A stretch of 64,000 bases of DNA from Octopus vulgaris (taxonomy: Eukaryota). Below the pieces are notes generated by a model. The model saw nothing but the letters and a program-made list of their open reading frames with translations, ran no database searches and was not told the DNA's origin. The position numbers were made by a program, and so were the translations under genes. The DNA lies in contig OX597833.1 of the NCBI GenBank assembly GCA_951406725.2, positions 60,388,001 to 60,452,000 of the forward strand. The letters run 5' to 3'. Shown one piece after another: positions 13,537-27,700 of the stretch (positions within the stretch are counted from its first letter, which is position 1; every line of letters starts with the position of its first letter).

Positions 13537-16500
13537 CTGGAATGACAACACGGCAGAGAGAGAGAGAACAAGAGATTAGATGATGGCATAATACAGATAA
13601 ATCGAAATCAATCAAAAAAAATCAATGGAAATTGTAGTTGTGATACCAGTGCAAGTGGCACGTAAAAGAACCATCCGAGTGTGGCCGTTGTCAGCGTCGC
13701 TTCGACTGGCCTCCATGCCGGTGACACGTAAAAAGCACCAACCGATCGTGGCCGTTGCCAGCGCCGCCTCGACTGGCCTCCGTGCCGGTGACACATAAAA
13801 AGCACCAACCGATCGTGGCCGTTGCCAGCCTCACCTGGCACCTGTGCTGGTGGCACGTAAAAAGCACCCACTACACTCACGGAGTGGTTGGCGTTAGGAA
13901 GGGCATCCAGCATCCAGCTGTAGAAACACTGCCAGATCAGACTGGGCCTGGTGAAGCCTTTTGGCTTCCCAGAGCCCGGCCGAACCGTCCAACCCATGCT
14001 AGCATGGAAAGCGGACGTTAAACGATGATGATGATGAAAGAGTGTGTATGTGAAGAATGGATGTACAAGTGGGGGATGATTTACATTTTATGTCATTTAG
14101 AATAGTCTCTGACACACAGTTAAATAGCAATATTGGAACCAAGGAGCCACGTAAAATGTATTGGTGCTGGTGCCACCTAAAAAGCACCTGGTATATTCTG
14201 CAAAGCAATTGGCATTATGAAAGGAATCCAGCTATAGTAACTGGGCCAAAACAGACTGTGGAACCTGGTGCAGCCCCTGGTCTGGCCAGTTTCTGTCAAG
14301 CTGTCCAACCTATGCCAGTATGAAAATCAGATGTAGTATGATGATGATGATGATTGGAATTGCTCTGAGTTCACTCCTGGCACCAGGAAATGAAAATTGT
14401 TACAGAATAAAGAACAGAAATCCTGCAGTAAATCAATACTCAGAGATCAATAGTTTAAGAAATCTTTGGAATTTTCTAGAAATACATAAACATAAACAAA
14501 AATATCCAAAAATGATCCAAGCTAATAAATAAGAAGAGGAATCCTTTCTACTATAGGCACAAGGTCTGAACTTTTAAGGGAGGGAGCTTGTCGATTACAT
14601 CAGATCCCAGCAGAATTTGAAGTCAGAAGAAGAAACATTGCTAAGCATTTTCTTCTACATGCAAATGGTTCTGCTGCTAATTATAATAGATAATAATAAC
14701 AATAATAATGTTCTTTATACTTTATAATTAAAAAAAACAAAAAAAAAAAAAAAAACAATAATTGCAAAACAATGTTGCTTACATTTTTGGTGGGGCTTCA
14801 TCTGGTTTCGGTCTATGTTGTGGAATTGGTGGAGGATATTCCATTTCCCCAGCCCTTTGTGGGATCTTTTTAGAGTTTCCTGCAACAGATGTACACAGTG
14901 AGCAAACACAGTAATATCTCAACACTGCCAGTGGCATGGTGCTGTACGGGACATGTGTAAATGGTGTGGTGTTGTATAACAGTGAAGGTAGAGAAGCTGT
15001 ATTAAGAGGGAGGGAGGGACAGAGAGAGAGAGAGAGTGAGAGAGAGAGAAGGAGTGAGTGACTGTGCCAGTGGTAGTTTAATAGTGAAAGTAAGGAATCT
15101 GTAGTGAAGTCCATTAACCCTTTTGATACCAACCTGGTTGAAACTGCCTCTGGCTCTGTAGTACAAATGTCTTGTTTTCATAAGTTTTGAATTAAGATCT
15201 TCCACCAAACCTTAGTCACAATTTATGTTCCTAACACTAGCTGAATGATAACAAAGTTATTTTACTCAATTCTTTGTTATATTTAAAATTAATTGAAAGA
15301 ACTACAGAGCATCTCAACAGAAATACGGTAACGAAAGGGTTAAGACTGCAGTGAAGGTTTTGAGTTTGAGAGAGAAGGTCTTAAAATAGTTGTAAATAAA
15401 TAAAACGTATACAAAGGAAGTTCACTGTTTTTTTTTTCTTCATATAAACACATAACTGTAAATAAACTATGACTGGTTGATGTACAGAGACAAAGATGGA
15501 GAATGATGTAAAAGAGGCTGGCACAACACAGAATGTGACCTCCCAACCAATTTATTGCAACGTGCAAAGAAACTGCTGCAGCTAATAACGGAGGTGAGCA
15601 GCTACATGAAGCAGTGTGCATGCAAATAGATTAAGTTCGTTTGGTGGACTGGCCACAAACGACACGGATGTTAATATCTAGTGGGAAGGGAGGTTAAGTA
15701 TATTTCCATAAATATCTTTTTCGAGAATTATAAAATTAATACATCCTTGATATTACATGCAGTTAAAACTTTTAATTAGTTTAATTAGTTTAGTAATCTG
15801 GAAATTTCCATACATCTTGCTTTACTCAACATTAAAAAATAGTCAGTATCTGCTGCTATATCGGTACAGTAGTGGCCTTAATGGCTAACTAGTCTAACCT
15901 ATTAGGTCCCTGGCTATGCTGTTATCAACTTCATTAACCCTTTTGTTACCAGCCCAGCTGAAACCGGCTCTGGCTCTGAGAACAAATGTCTTGTTTTCAT
16001 AAGTTTTGAATTAAAATCTTCCACCAAACCTTGGTTACAATTTATGTTCCTAACACTAACTGAATGATAACTAAGTTATTTTTCTAAATTCTTTGTTATA
16101 TTTAAAGTAATTGAAAGAAATACAGATCATCTCAAAATAAATACAGTAATGAAAGGGTTAACATGATAGGCATGTCCCTTGAATCTATATGGTGCTCTCA
16201 TGGATCAGAAAGTAAAAGATTTCTACAACCGCAGCTTACTAAGTTTCAGCTTTGTTAATCTCCAGTGATACCAGTTCCCACTAGTCAAATAAATAACCAG
16301 CTAATTAGCTTAACCCTTTAGTGTTTAAACCAGCTATATCTGGCCCAAATATTCTACATGTTTTATATTTGAACTAGCCATATCTAGCCTCTCGCACCTT
16401 ACCTACATTGACATTCTAAAAAATAAATAATCACATCATTGAAACCTCAAAGCTATGAGATAATGTGTGATTAATTCAAAACAATTTGAGTTAATTTTCC

Positions 16501-16996
16501 ATTTGAATAGCAAACATTTTTACATGTCTAACCACCAAAGACCCAACAGAGACCATATTATTTAACATTAGTCGATTCACTTATTAATTTGTTCAGCAAT
16601 AAGAGGCTAAAATAGGGAAATTAAATGTGGGGTCTTGAGCTGAGTCTTTGAACTGGAACCAGGTAATATCCTTGGGAGACTCAGGTAATTTTTTATCATT
16701 ATTTTTATTAAACAAATGGAAAATAAAACCAAATTTAAATCGAAAAATGGCAACTTATTTTCAAACCCACTGAATAGTATTTGTGGGAAACGAAGAATTT
16801 AATACGAAAGTCTCAGGCATTGACACAGACATGAAGTTCTCTTCTGTGTTCTCTTGTTTATCACATTATGCTATTATTGTTCATGCTCTCTCTCTCATAT
16901 ACAGCCTCCCCAAAATAGCAAACAGACACTTCAAAAACATCAGTTTAAACTCTTGCAAACATCTAGATACAACACACCAGGTCACTAATACAATTA

Positions 16997-17032
<36 letters not shown>

Positions 17033-17298
17033 AATCACTTCTATTCCAAACATGTTATACTTAAAACATGACTGTCCAAGTTCGATCTGCTTTCTCAAGA
17101 ATATTTCATATTCTCTTGTTCATCTCCCAAATGCTAACAGATTAATGAATTTAGGAACATTAAATCTTCCACATTTAATATAAAGGATGAATATGTAAAT
17201 ACCTCTTAATAAAAAAAAAAAAAGCGAAACATCAACATAATTGTGTATCTAGTACATATACATCAACATAATTGTGTATCTAGTACATATACACACAC

Positions 17299-17344
<46 letters not shown>

Positions 17345-19323
17345 AGTTACATCGTAAGAATTTACAAAGTTCCAAGAGAATATGAAATAATTTTTCTTTG
17401 GAACTGATACTGAAGCACTTAACTATGAATGCATTGCACATTACAGCAGAAACAGTTGTAAGGTAATGAAGTACATAATATAAGTGTTTATTCCTTTGTC
17501 ATCCCAATTTCTCATTACTGCTCTGCACTCGACTGACTTCATATCAAAGCATATGTATATTGAGTTCTAACACCAGAGTATCAGCATCACAGTACTTAAA
17601 CTATATATATATAATACTGTGAATAAAATAGAGGTGTGTTATGTTCTATTAATTAATCAGTCAAAAATATATAGTAAATGTACAAACGAAAAACAGACAC
17701 AGAAGGTTCCCTTCATGAAAATAACTGTCTGTTTTCCATTCATTTGTGCATTTAATGTTTTTTAAATTGCCATTCTGTGTCTGTTTTTCATTTGTGCATT
17801 TACTATACATTTTTTAACTGATATAAATAAATATATATATATATATGATACACACACACAGAGGGTAACCCAGAAGTCAAGCTACTATTTAAGAAAGTCA
17901 AAATAATTTTGCTAATAATAATTGGGTTTTTTTTTTGTCTTTTGTTTCAGATATTAAAACAGGAACTCTTGGAAATTTATTATGGTGAAATATACTATGG
18001 CACAACAGACTAAAATTGAAGAATTTTATTTTAAAAATAGACAGCCCATTGTGCACACACATGTACCATTAGAGTATAACAAACCTGCCCTCTAACTTGA
18101 CAATTATGTATCTAAATCACTGTTTCCAAAAACAGGTTTTGTGGTCAGTGTATCATGTTCCATGTGAACCCCAGAAAACAGGAATCGCGTTGAGCAAAGC
18201 ATTCAGCAAGATGCAACAACATCAACTAGATGCCATTCCTGTGTGCTTGATATCCCCTCCAGCATCCGTAAAGTAACTGCGAAAGGATTTGCAAATGTAC
18301 CCGTAGAAGTTACAATTAGTGCAAGAGATAAAGCTGTTAGATTTATCAAGAGAATTATGTTATTTGTTTTCAATGTATGGCAAGAGACACCAACGAATTT
18401 CTTCACAAAATGATCAGAAGCAATGAAGCCCATTTTCACCTCAATGGATTTGTCAATAAGCAAAACAGCAAATTTTGGGGGAATGAAAATCCAAGAGCCC
18501 TCTATCAGCATTGATTGTATCCACTATAAGTCACAGTTTGGTGTAGAGTGACTTGAGAAAAAATAATAAAACCCTACTTCTTTGAGGATGAGAGAGGCAA
18601 CGCATTGATGGTGACTGGTGCCTGATAACAAGAAATGTTAGAGCAATATGTCCACCCAGTTATTCCGGACAACCCTGAGGTTTGGTGGCAGCAAGATGGT
18701 GCAACCGCGCATACTGTGACAGAGACTATGCAGCTCCCGAGAAACCTGTTTGGTGAAAGAATAATTTCAAGGATGACAGATTTTGACTGGCCAACCAATT
18801 CTCCTGATCTAACATCACCAGATTTTTTTCTGCGGATCTATCTAATGGATCATGCATACAATGACAAATCCTGCGCAATTTGCAGCTGAAGGAAACCATT
18901 TGAACAGAAATTTGAGCAATGGAATGTAACACACTGACCCGTATATTGGAAAATGCAGTTAAAAAGGGCATATGTTTGTGAAACAGTAGAGATCATTTGT
19001 TTGACAACATCTTTTATAATTAGACTAAAAAAAAATTCAAATGTTATACTGCCATTTACAGAAATGTTCTTTCAGAGATAAAAAAATGTTAAAAAGGTTT
19101 TTAAATAGTAGCATGACTTCTGCACCATGTGAGTGTGAGTGTGTGTATAGCCACTACACACATTTTTTTTTCTCTCCTTTTTTTTTTTTTCTGTGTCCCT
19201 ATCTGTAGAAGAGCATAGGCTCGAAACGTAAAAGACTTTTTCAATTCCTGAGTGTTATACTAATACATCTGTTTGTTTTCTACACCACCTGTCTTCGTCT
19301 TTTGTTTTTTCGTGAACTCTCCC

Positions 19324-19357
<34 letters not shown>

Positions 19358-19959
19358 TGTATACATACATACAAGGTGTGTTATGAGCATTTATAGAACA
19401 GGTATCCTATAGAAACTCAAACAAAGATGAAGAGAAGGTGTTAAAAGTTTTATAAAATTTTAATCCATGCATATATATATGCATATATATATATGCATAA
19501 TCATATGAATATCCGAACATGTTATATGACACTCACTCCATCTAGTCTTCTGTAACAATATAATATTCTTCTGATGTATCCTTTTTGAGGTATTCTTCTT
19601 TTGCACTGAGGAGAATGGTAATATGTAATTAATTCAATTATAATTAAATTAATTTAAAATTTTTTTTTCATGTTTCTTACATGTTAATTTTACCGTTCGA
19701 AACGATCATATGCTTGGATTAAAATTTTATAAAACTTTTAACACCTTCTCTTCTCCATCTTTAATTGTTTGTTGAGTTTCCATAGGATATGTGTTCTATA
19801 AATGCTAATAATACACCTTATACTTGTAACACTTTTTTTCATATTCAAAAAATACTTACAATAGTAAGCTACCAATTTAATATGAAGAATCTTTATTAGA
19901 AATCTAACTTTGGAACCCCGCAAAGTAAAGGATGAAATAGAACTCAACCTTTTTACACA

Positions 19960-19998
<39 letters not shown>

Positions 19999-22900
19999 CA
20001 ATAATAAATCTCTGAACGAGATGTAAACAGTAACCGCTCGACAACGTATATATATATATATATATATATACTCAAAAGAAGCAACAAAGATATCCAAGGT
20101 AGTGTAGTACAATTGTTTCATGCCATTTCATTTTATTAAACACTGTAAGTATTACATCAGTTTTGAAATGTCGACCAATCTTCAGCCACATTTGATTTAT
20201 ATGGATAATACCATACAAAATTCTGGTGCCTTTGACTTAAGTACCATATTCATCTGAATCTAAATTTTGTTGAACTTATATATATATAACCACCAAAATA
20301 GGTATCTAGCAAAATGAGATGATAATAGCCGCTAAATTAATATATTTGAGATCCTGAAATTATACATGCTCTAATGGCTTGGAAATTAAATGCATATGCT
20401 CTATAATAGCTCTATCATGCTGTTATACCTTGCTTGAGTAACACACCTCTATCATGCTGTTGAGATTGTACTATGGCTAGCTTAGCCATATGTTAAGACA
20501 ATGTGCAATGAGTGATCCCATTCTATATTAGCTCTGTCATGCTGTTAAGGCAATATACCATGGGTAACTGACATCTATCATGCTACTACTACACCCTAAA
20601 GGTCAATGACCTGTGACCAGCAATACTATAAGCCAAGCCTCTCGTTAAGCAACATTACCGTTCTCCTTTACAAAAGAGATAAAAGGAACTGCAATGTATA
20701 GAAAGCTATAATGTGATGATGAAGCCAAGAGAAGCTGACGAAGAAGAAGTCTTACCTCCAGACATTGGGAAATTTATATAACTTGAACAGCCATCAGGGG
20801 CACCTCTTGCTATTGTGCAATGAGGTTTGTCATAAGTGTAGTCAGGGCTCATATCAACCGACAGTTCGTAACACAGCTGAGCATAGGAAATCCCTGAATT
20901 GCTTCCTAGTTACAGAAAGAAAGGTCAGTTAGTAAATAGGACGGCAAAGATTATGGAAAGTGAGATGAGGGAGATCAAGCAGGGAGAATGCTCCACCCAG
21001 GTGTCGGAGTGAGAGGAGAAGCAAACAGAAATAGTGATCCACCCATCGAAAGGAGTGAGAGGAGAAACAAGTAGGGAGGGTGGTCCACCCAGATATTGAA
21101 GTGGGAGAAGAAACAAATAGGAATGGTGGTCCACCCAGATAGTGAAGTGGGAGAAAGAACTAGCATAATGGTAGTCCACCCAAATATTGGAGTGGGAGAA
21201 AGAACAAGCAGGAGTGGTGGTCCACCAAATATTGGAGTGGGAGAAAGAACAAGCAGGAGTGGTGGTCCACCAAAATATAGGAGTGAGAGGAACAAGCATG
21301 GATGGTGGTCCACCCAGATATGGGAATAGGAGAAAGAACAAGCAGGAATGGTGGTCCACTAAGGAATGAGAGTGGGAGGAGGAACAAGCAGGAATGGTAG
21401 TCCACCCAGGTATGGGAGTGGGTGGAGGAAAAAGCAGGAATAGTAGTCCCCCCAGGTATGGGAGTGGGTGGCGGAACAAGCAGGAATGGTTGTCCACCCA
21501 TGAATGGGAATGGGTGGAGGAACAAGCAGGGATGGTGGTCCACCCAGGTATGGGAAAGGGTGGAGGAACAAGCAGGGATGGTGGTCCACCCAGGTATGAG
21601 AAAGGGTGGAAGAACAAGCAGGAATGGTTGTCTACCCAGGTATGGGAGTGGGTGGCAGAACAAGCAGGGATGGTGGTCCACCCAGGTATGGGAATGGGTG
21701 GCGGAACAAGCAGGGATGGTGGTCCACCCAGGTATGGGAATGGGTGGCGGAACAAGCAGGGATGGTGGTCCACCCAGGTATGAGAAAGGGTGGAGGAACA
21801 AGCAGGGATGGTGGTCCACCCAGGTATGAGAAAGGGTGGAAGAACAAGCAGGAATGGTTGTCCACCCATGAATGGGAGTGGGAAAAGGAATGAGCAGGAA
21901 TGGTTGTCCACCCAGGTATGGGAATGGGTGGCGGAACAAGCAGGAACGGTAGTCCACTCGGATATAGGAAATATTTACTACAAATTTATAACTTCCCAAA
22001 TTATTTCCAAGAATGTGTCAGTTGGAGTACGTTCTGTAAGTCATTATATAGACACAGGGTTCATAATAATGCAGTGTGTTGTGATGTTCATGCCTTTGTC
22101 AAGAATATTAGTGCTGCAAATTAAGCAAATTAGCTGGGTTACAGACTCAGCTTACAGTAAGGTCATCTCCACTTCATGGTACTTGATGATGATGACGATG
22201 ATGGTAGTGGTGGTGATAATGATGGTTGGGGCACACTGCGTGTGGTGCTGGAATACTGATCCAATGATTGCTGGTTCAAACCTGGCAACAGCCATTGTAA
22301 CAAGTTCCTTGCAAGTGAGCAGTTGCTATAAGAATGGACATCCAGCCACAGAAGATAACCATGTTAGCCAGTCAACAGAATGATGGAGATGTATAGGGCG
22401 GGGGTGGAAGACCAAAACCATGGGAAATGGACAGAAAGAAAAAAAAAGCAACCGTCACAAGTAGAAGAGGGCTCCACAGAGAGGCATCCATACATAATGG
22501 GTCCAATTGCACAAACAATATGAGTCAGTTTCTATTTCACTAAACATCAAACCTCTTTTGGATGGAGATGCATGCTTGTAAAGTATTGAAAATAAATTAT
22601 GGGGTCCTTTCTTGTCAGAGTGGTTGCCTTAATCTAGTTACCCCTCTCTCTCAAACACACACACATTTCATATATAACAATATATATATATTTTGTTTTA
22701 CTTTGAGATGGTCATCTTTTGCCAATTAAACACACACCACTATTTATTTGATCTTCACTTTAGTTTTGTTAATATTATTTTTTCAGTTTGACCAACCCCA
22801 AGTATAACTATCTGTTTCAACAAGCGTTTTCACATCAGGGAATTTGCAAAACAAATAAACATATATATATATATATATACTAATGCAGGCATGGCTGTGT

Positions 22901-24684
22901 GGTAAGAAGCTTGCTTCCAAACTACATGGTTCTGGGTTCAGTCCAACAGCGTGGCACCTTGGGAAAGTGTCTTCTACTATAGCCTTGGGCCAACCAAAGC
23001 CTTGTGAGTGGATTTGGTATGCAGAAACTGAAAGACGCCCATCATGTGTGTGTGTGTGTATATACATACATACATACATACATATATACATATATATACA
23101 TACATATATACATATATATACATATATATATATATATATATCTGTATGTATGTATGTCTCCCACCATCATCACTTGACAACTGATGTTGGTGTGTTTACA
23201 TCCCCAGAACTTAGTAGTTCTCTCTTGCACACAACATCTGATGCCTCTTCTACTCAGTATTCCTTTTAACACTTTCACACTCTATCATGTGTGCATACTG
23301 ACATTACCCATCCACCAAAGCATGTTGGTTTCGTTTCTTTCAAACTTTGCAAATTCTCTATGGTAGCATAGCTGTATGTAAAACATGGGCCTTGTTGCAT
23401 ATTCAGTATAGTATTCAGAGTTAAACTATAATTCTTTGGCCTGTCTTTGGTTTAGCTCAGTCAGAGGAGGGAGATTAAGGACCGTGACCCTTTCCCAGAG
23501 TCTCTGTGACAAGTGGTAGGAGGAAAGGAGGAAGAACAGTGGGCACAACCCTTTCTAGGGATCTTGAGTAGTGGTAGAAAGGAGGGACATAGCCCTTTCC
23601 AAGGTTCTCTGTGAACAGTGGTAGGAGAAAAGGAAGGACAGAGAACAAGCCTTTCCAAGAGTTTGAGTAGTTGTGGAGAGGGGAGAAGGCTAGAGGACAC
23701 GACCCTTTCTGGGGTTCTCTGTGGGTAGAGGTAGGAAGAAAGGAGTAAGTTATCTGTTGACTGGTTTCTGACAGTGGATTCTATTAAAGACAGCAAAGAG
23801 CCACACTTTACAGTTGGATCAACTGACAGTGTTTAGGACGGATCAATATTTTCATTACATGAATGAGATGGGTACTGGCTGGGGGATACCATCTGGATCT
23901 GGATCAATGCTTTCATTGTATGGATTAGATGATGAAACTATTCATTGTGTGTGTGTGTGTGTCTTTTACTGTAGATTCAGACTGATCGATGTCTTTTAAA
24001 TCAAATTGGTGGAAACTGTATGAAGGCTCATCATACAGGTGTGTATGCAAATGTACATGTATGAGTGTATATGCATATATTTCCATACATGTGAGTAACT
24101 ATGTGTATATTTATGCTCCACACCATCACAACAAACTGTTTGCGTGAAATGGTGATAATATATTTACATCCCCTGTCAATAAATTACCCTATAGTTCTGT
24201 ACTCTCAAAGTGAAAAAGATCCCTTACTTGAGAATGGACTCAGGTTCAGCAAGGGATAAGTATGTGGTTTTAACATAATGCTTTCTGTAATAAGCATTTG
24301 TCCAACCCATACTAGCAGGAAAAAACAAAAGTGGGCATATATATATATTAGTCATACGATATAGTGTATATTTAAACACACGAGGAATCCACTCAGAGGA
24401 ATTCAACATGCTAGAAAGAACAGCTAGGTTCTATAACCACAAAAATTAGGGATAAAATTCAACAGGAACGACATTCCTGTTGAATTTTATCCCTAATTTT
24501 TGTGGTTATAGAACCTAGCTGTTCTTTCTAGCATGTTGAATTCCTACAAGTGGATTCCTTATGTGTTTAAATATACACTATATCGTATGACTAATATATA
24601 GTCTTTTGGACTAAATTTTACACTTAAGACCACTGGAAATGTAAATTTTAATTAATTTCCATTTCCCTTTGATATGATTAAAAG

Positions 24685-24724
<40 letters not shown>

Positions 24725-27700
24725 AATACACACACACACGCATTTGTATGTACATTGTGGACTCACCTGTTGTAAACAACTGATGAGGGTTCCACAAATT
24801 CTGGCCGAACCACCTGCACAGGTAATTTGTTTATAGTAATTAAGTGTTTGTGCTGTGCACAAGCTATACAGGTGCATGGTGTACCACAAGTCAGATGTCG
24901 AAGTAACTGCAGAGCAGCATGAAATGAAGTGTTTTGCTCGAAAACACAATTCACTGTCCAGCCCAGTAGATGAAACTATAATCTTTTAATCGTGAGTCCA
25001 ACACCCTAACTACTAGGCCATACACCCATCACATATGGTATGTACACACACACACACACACCATATTATGTACAGGTATATAGACATATTTATACAATAC
25101 CTATACACACACCCATTTATACAATGCTTTATACGCATATCTATGCATCAATTTTAAGCTTTCACTACTACTAGAAAGCTGCTCTTCTAATGAACTCTGC
25201 TCATGAATTAGTTTTCAAAGAATATGTATAATTAAAACAAAATTTTTTTTTTAAGGGAAAGTCAAATATTTACACATTATGACATTGTGTAATTATATTT
25301 GGCTATTTATTGCTTTAATTTGTCCATTTTTTTTTACTGGTTTAAAAAAAGAAATGTTTTATATTTTTGTGTGTGGTTTACCGTAGGTGTTGGTCGTGAG
25401 GGATTGTTGGAACTGTGAAAAGATGAGATGAAGACCATGGATTTCCTGACCTGTGATAGGGTGCTAAAAAGTTTCTCCTTTAAGTGTATTATGAAAGGCC
25501 TGGTTGGAGGCCTAACCTTCTAAGTTCTTTTACAGGGCTTCGAAAAACTGAAGGACCGCTGCAATAAGTGTGAGAATTTGAGATGGGAATATGTTGAATA
25601 AAATCATGATTAACTACTAATCCTCTTGTATTTTCTTTTACCCAAAAGCCAGTAACTTTCCAGTATCCCCTTGTATGTCCAGTCACAATAGGGGTCCACA
25701 AAAGTAGGTGGGAGATTATGTTTGATAAGAATTTAAATCATTAATATTGTTATTGACACACAAGAAATGGGAAGTTATGTTTGATATCATTATTAGAGAA
25801 AAAAAATCATGCAAAACCAGAGTGGCGGCTAGTTTGGATTAGAACAATGGCAATATGGAAGTGGTGAGGTGCAGTTGAAGCGGAAACACAAAGAAAAGCT
25901 CAAATAAATGAGTGTTTTGTGAAAAATAGGACAGATAAAGTGAGTTTCAGCTCATCTGTACTCCTATGTACTTTGTACTTTGATTTAAACACTATTTTAC
26001 TGGTGTACAGCAATACTTCTACTGCTGTTATACTTACATCATGAATTTACTGAGATACCAAATTATAGTTATACAACAACACAATAAACAACAACAACAA
26101 CAACAAAAAAAAGAAATGATTGTGAATGTATGTGCATGTACCAGAGTGAATCAAATTATTTGTAAGACAAATTTTTTTCCTGTTGGTAGAAAAATTAGCA
26201 GCTCATGTAACACCAAACATAGTTTCCATCTAGTAACTGCATTTATTGCCACATGTTGTCTTCCTCAAGTGCAGTGGCTCCCAACCTTTCCACTGCCAAG
26301 GACCCTGTTTATTTAAATGAGTTTTCCCATGGGACCCCTTTTAATATGCTTATCCGCTGTGGTAAGGGATGGCTCTGTGGTAAGTAGCTTGCTTACCAAC
26401 CACATGGTTCCGGGTTCAGTCCCACTGCGTGGCACCTTGGGCAAAGTGTCTTCTACTATAGCCTCGGGCCAACCAAAGCCTTGTGAGTGGATTTGGTAGA
26501 CGGAAACTGAAAGAAGCCTGTCGTATATATGTGCATATATATGTTTGCATGTATGTTTTGTGTGTCTGTCCCCCTAGCATTGCTTGACAACCGATGCTGG
26601 TGTGTTTATGTCCCCATTACTTAGCGGTTCGGCAAAAGAGACCGATAGAATAAGTACTGGGCTTACAAAGGATAAGTCCCGGGTTCGAGTTGCTCAACTA
26701 AAGGCGGTGTTCCAGCATGGCCGCAGTCAACTGACTGAAACAAGTAAAAGAGTAAAAGAGTTATGTGTGTGTGTGTGTGTGTGTGTGTATGAAATTTTGA
26801 ATTTAGTTCACGGACCCCTGGTACTACTTTTGCGGACCACCAGGGGTCTGCAGATCAAAGGTTAGGAACCACGGCTCTAGTGGCTGTTTATATCACTAGA
26901 CATTATCATCTAGTCTCTACAGAGCAGGTTCAAACATGGAATACCAGTTAAGTAGTCACTGTTCTTATTTACCATGCATGTAACTCTGTTTTTGCTAGTT
27001 TCCAAAGTAAATGTTCAGTAATCATTTCTCCATATATTAGTAATTTGTTACAATAGAGATCTTAAAAATACAAAACTTTTCAACATATTTCATCTACCGT
27101 TGCACAATTTCATTTTTATTTTTACCATCAGAAAAAACATTTTCAGGTAAGATATGAGCCAAACATCCATTGCTTCTTGTATTTTTAGACAGTTCGTAGC
27201 AACAAAACATTGTTTCTATGCTATAATAAAACAATTGCCATTTCAAATATAAGATACCAGAGGGACACTGCATACAGACATGTGCATGCACTGGGGTCGA
27301 TGTAATCGACTTAATTTGTTTGTCTGTCCTTGTTTGTCCCCTCTGTGTTTAGCCCCTTGTGGGTAATAAAGAAACACATATATATGCTAGGGTGCCAGTG
27401 TTGTCATTAATCATTTCTATCTTCAATAATGACAGTAAATATATTTACCTTAAATGTATTGAAATCAACAAAGAAAAGTTAAAATACAAATAGCTTCATC
27501 TGATTTTAAATAGAGACATTGATATGTAGTAGACTTTGCAAAACAATCTTGAAAAAAAAAAAAAAATTTTTTTTTTTGTTCAATAGTATTCTTAACAAAC
27601 TGAAAATTTCGAAAATTATGGAGAAATGACCACACAACAATGCAGAGCTTTTGCAGGTAACTTTTAACTGAATATTTTGTTCTCAAAAAGTTTCCTGTAG

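Noticed and set aside
20965-21965. CRISPR-like regular array
   Set aside because: Units are contiguous with no unique spacers; eukaryotic intron; no cas genes.
20925-22383. Long overlapping ORFs (328, 279 and 197 aa)
   Set aside because: Artefacts of the 46-bp minisatellite, open in several frames on both strands.
23811-23937. Possible extra Cbl exon ([16 protein letters not shown]...)
   Set aside because: Stop codons occur before a convincing donor in the compatible phases.
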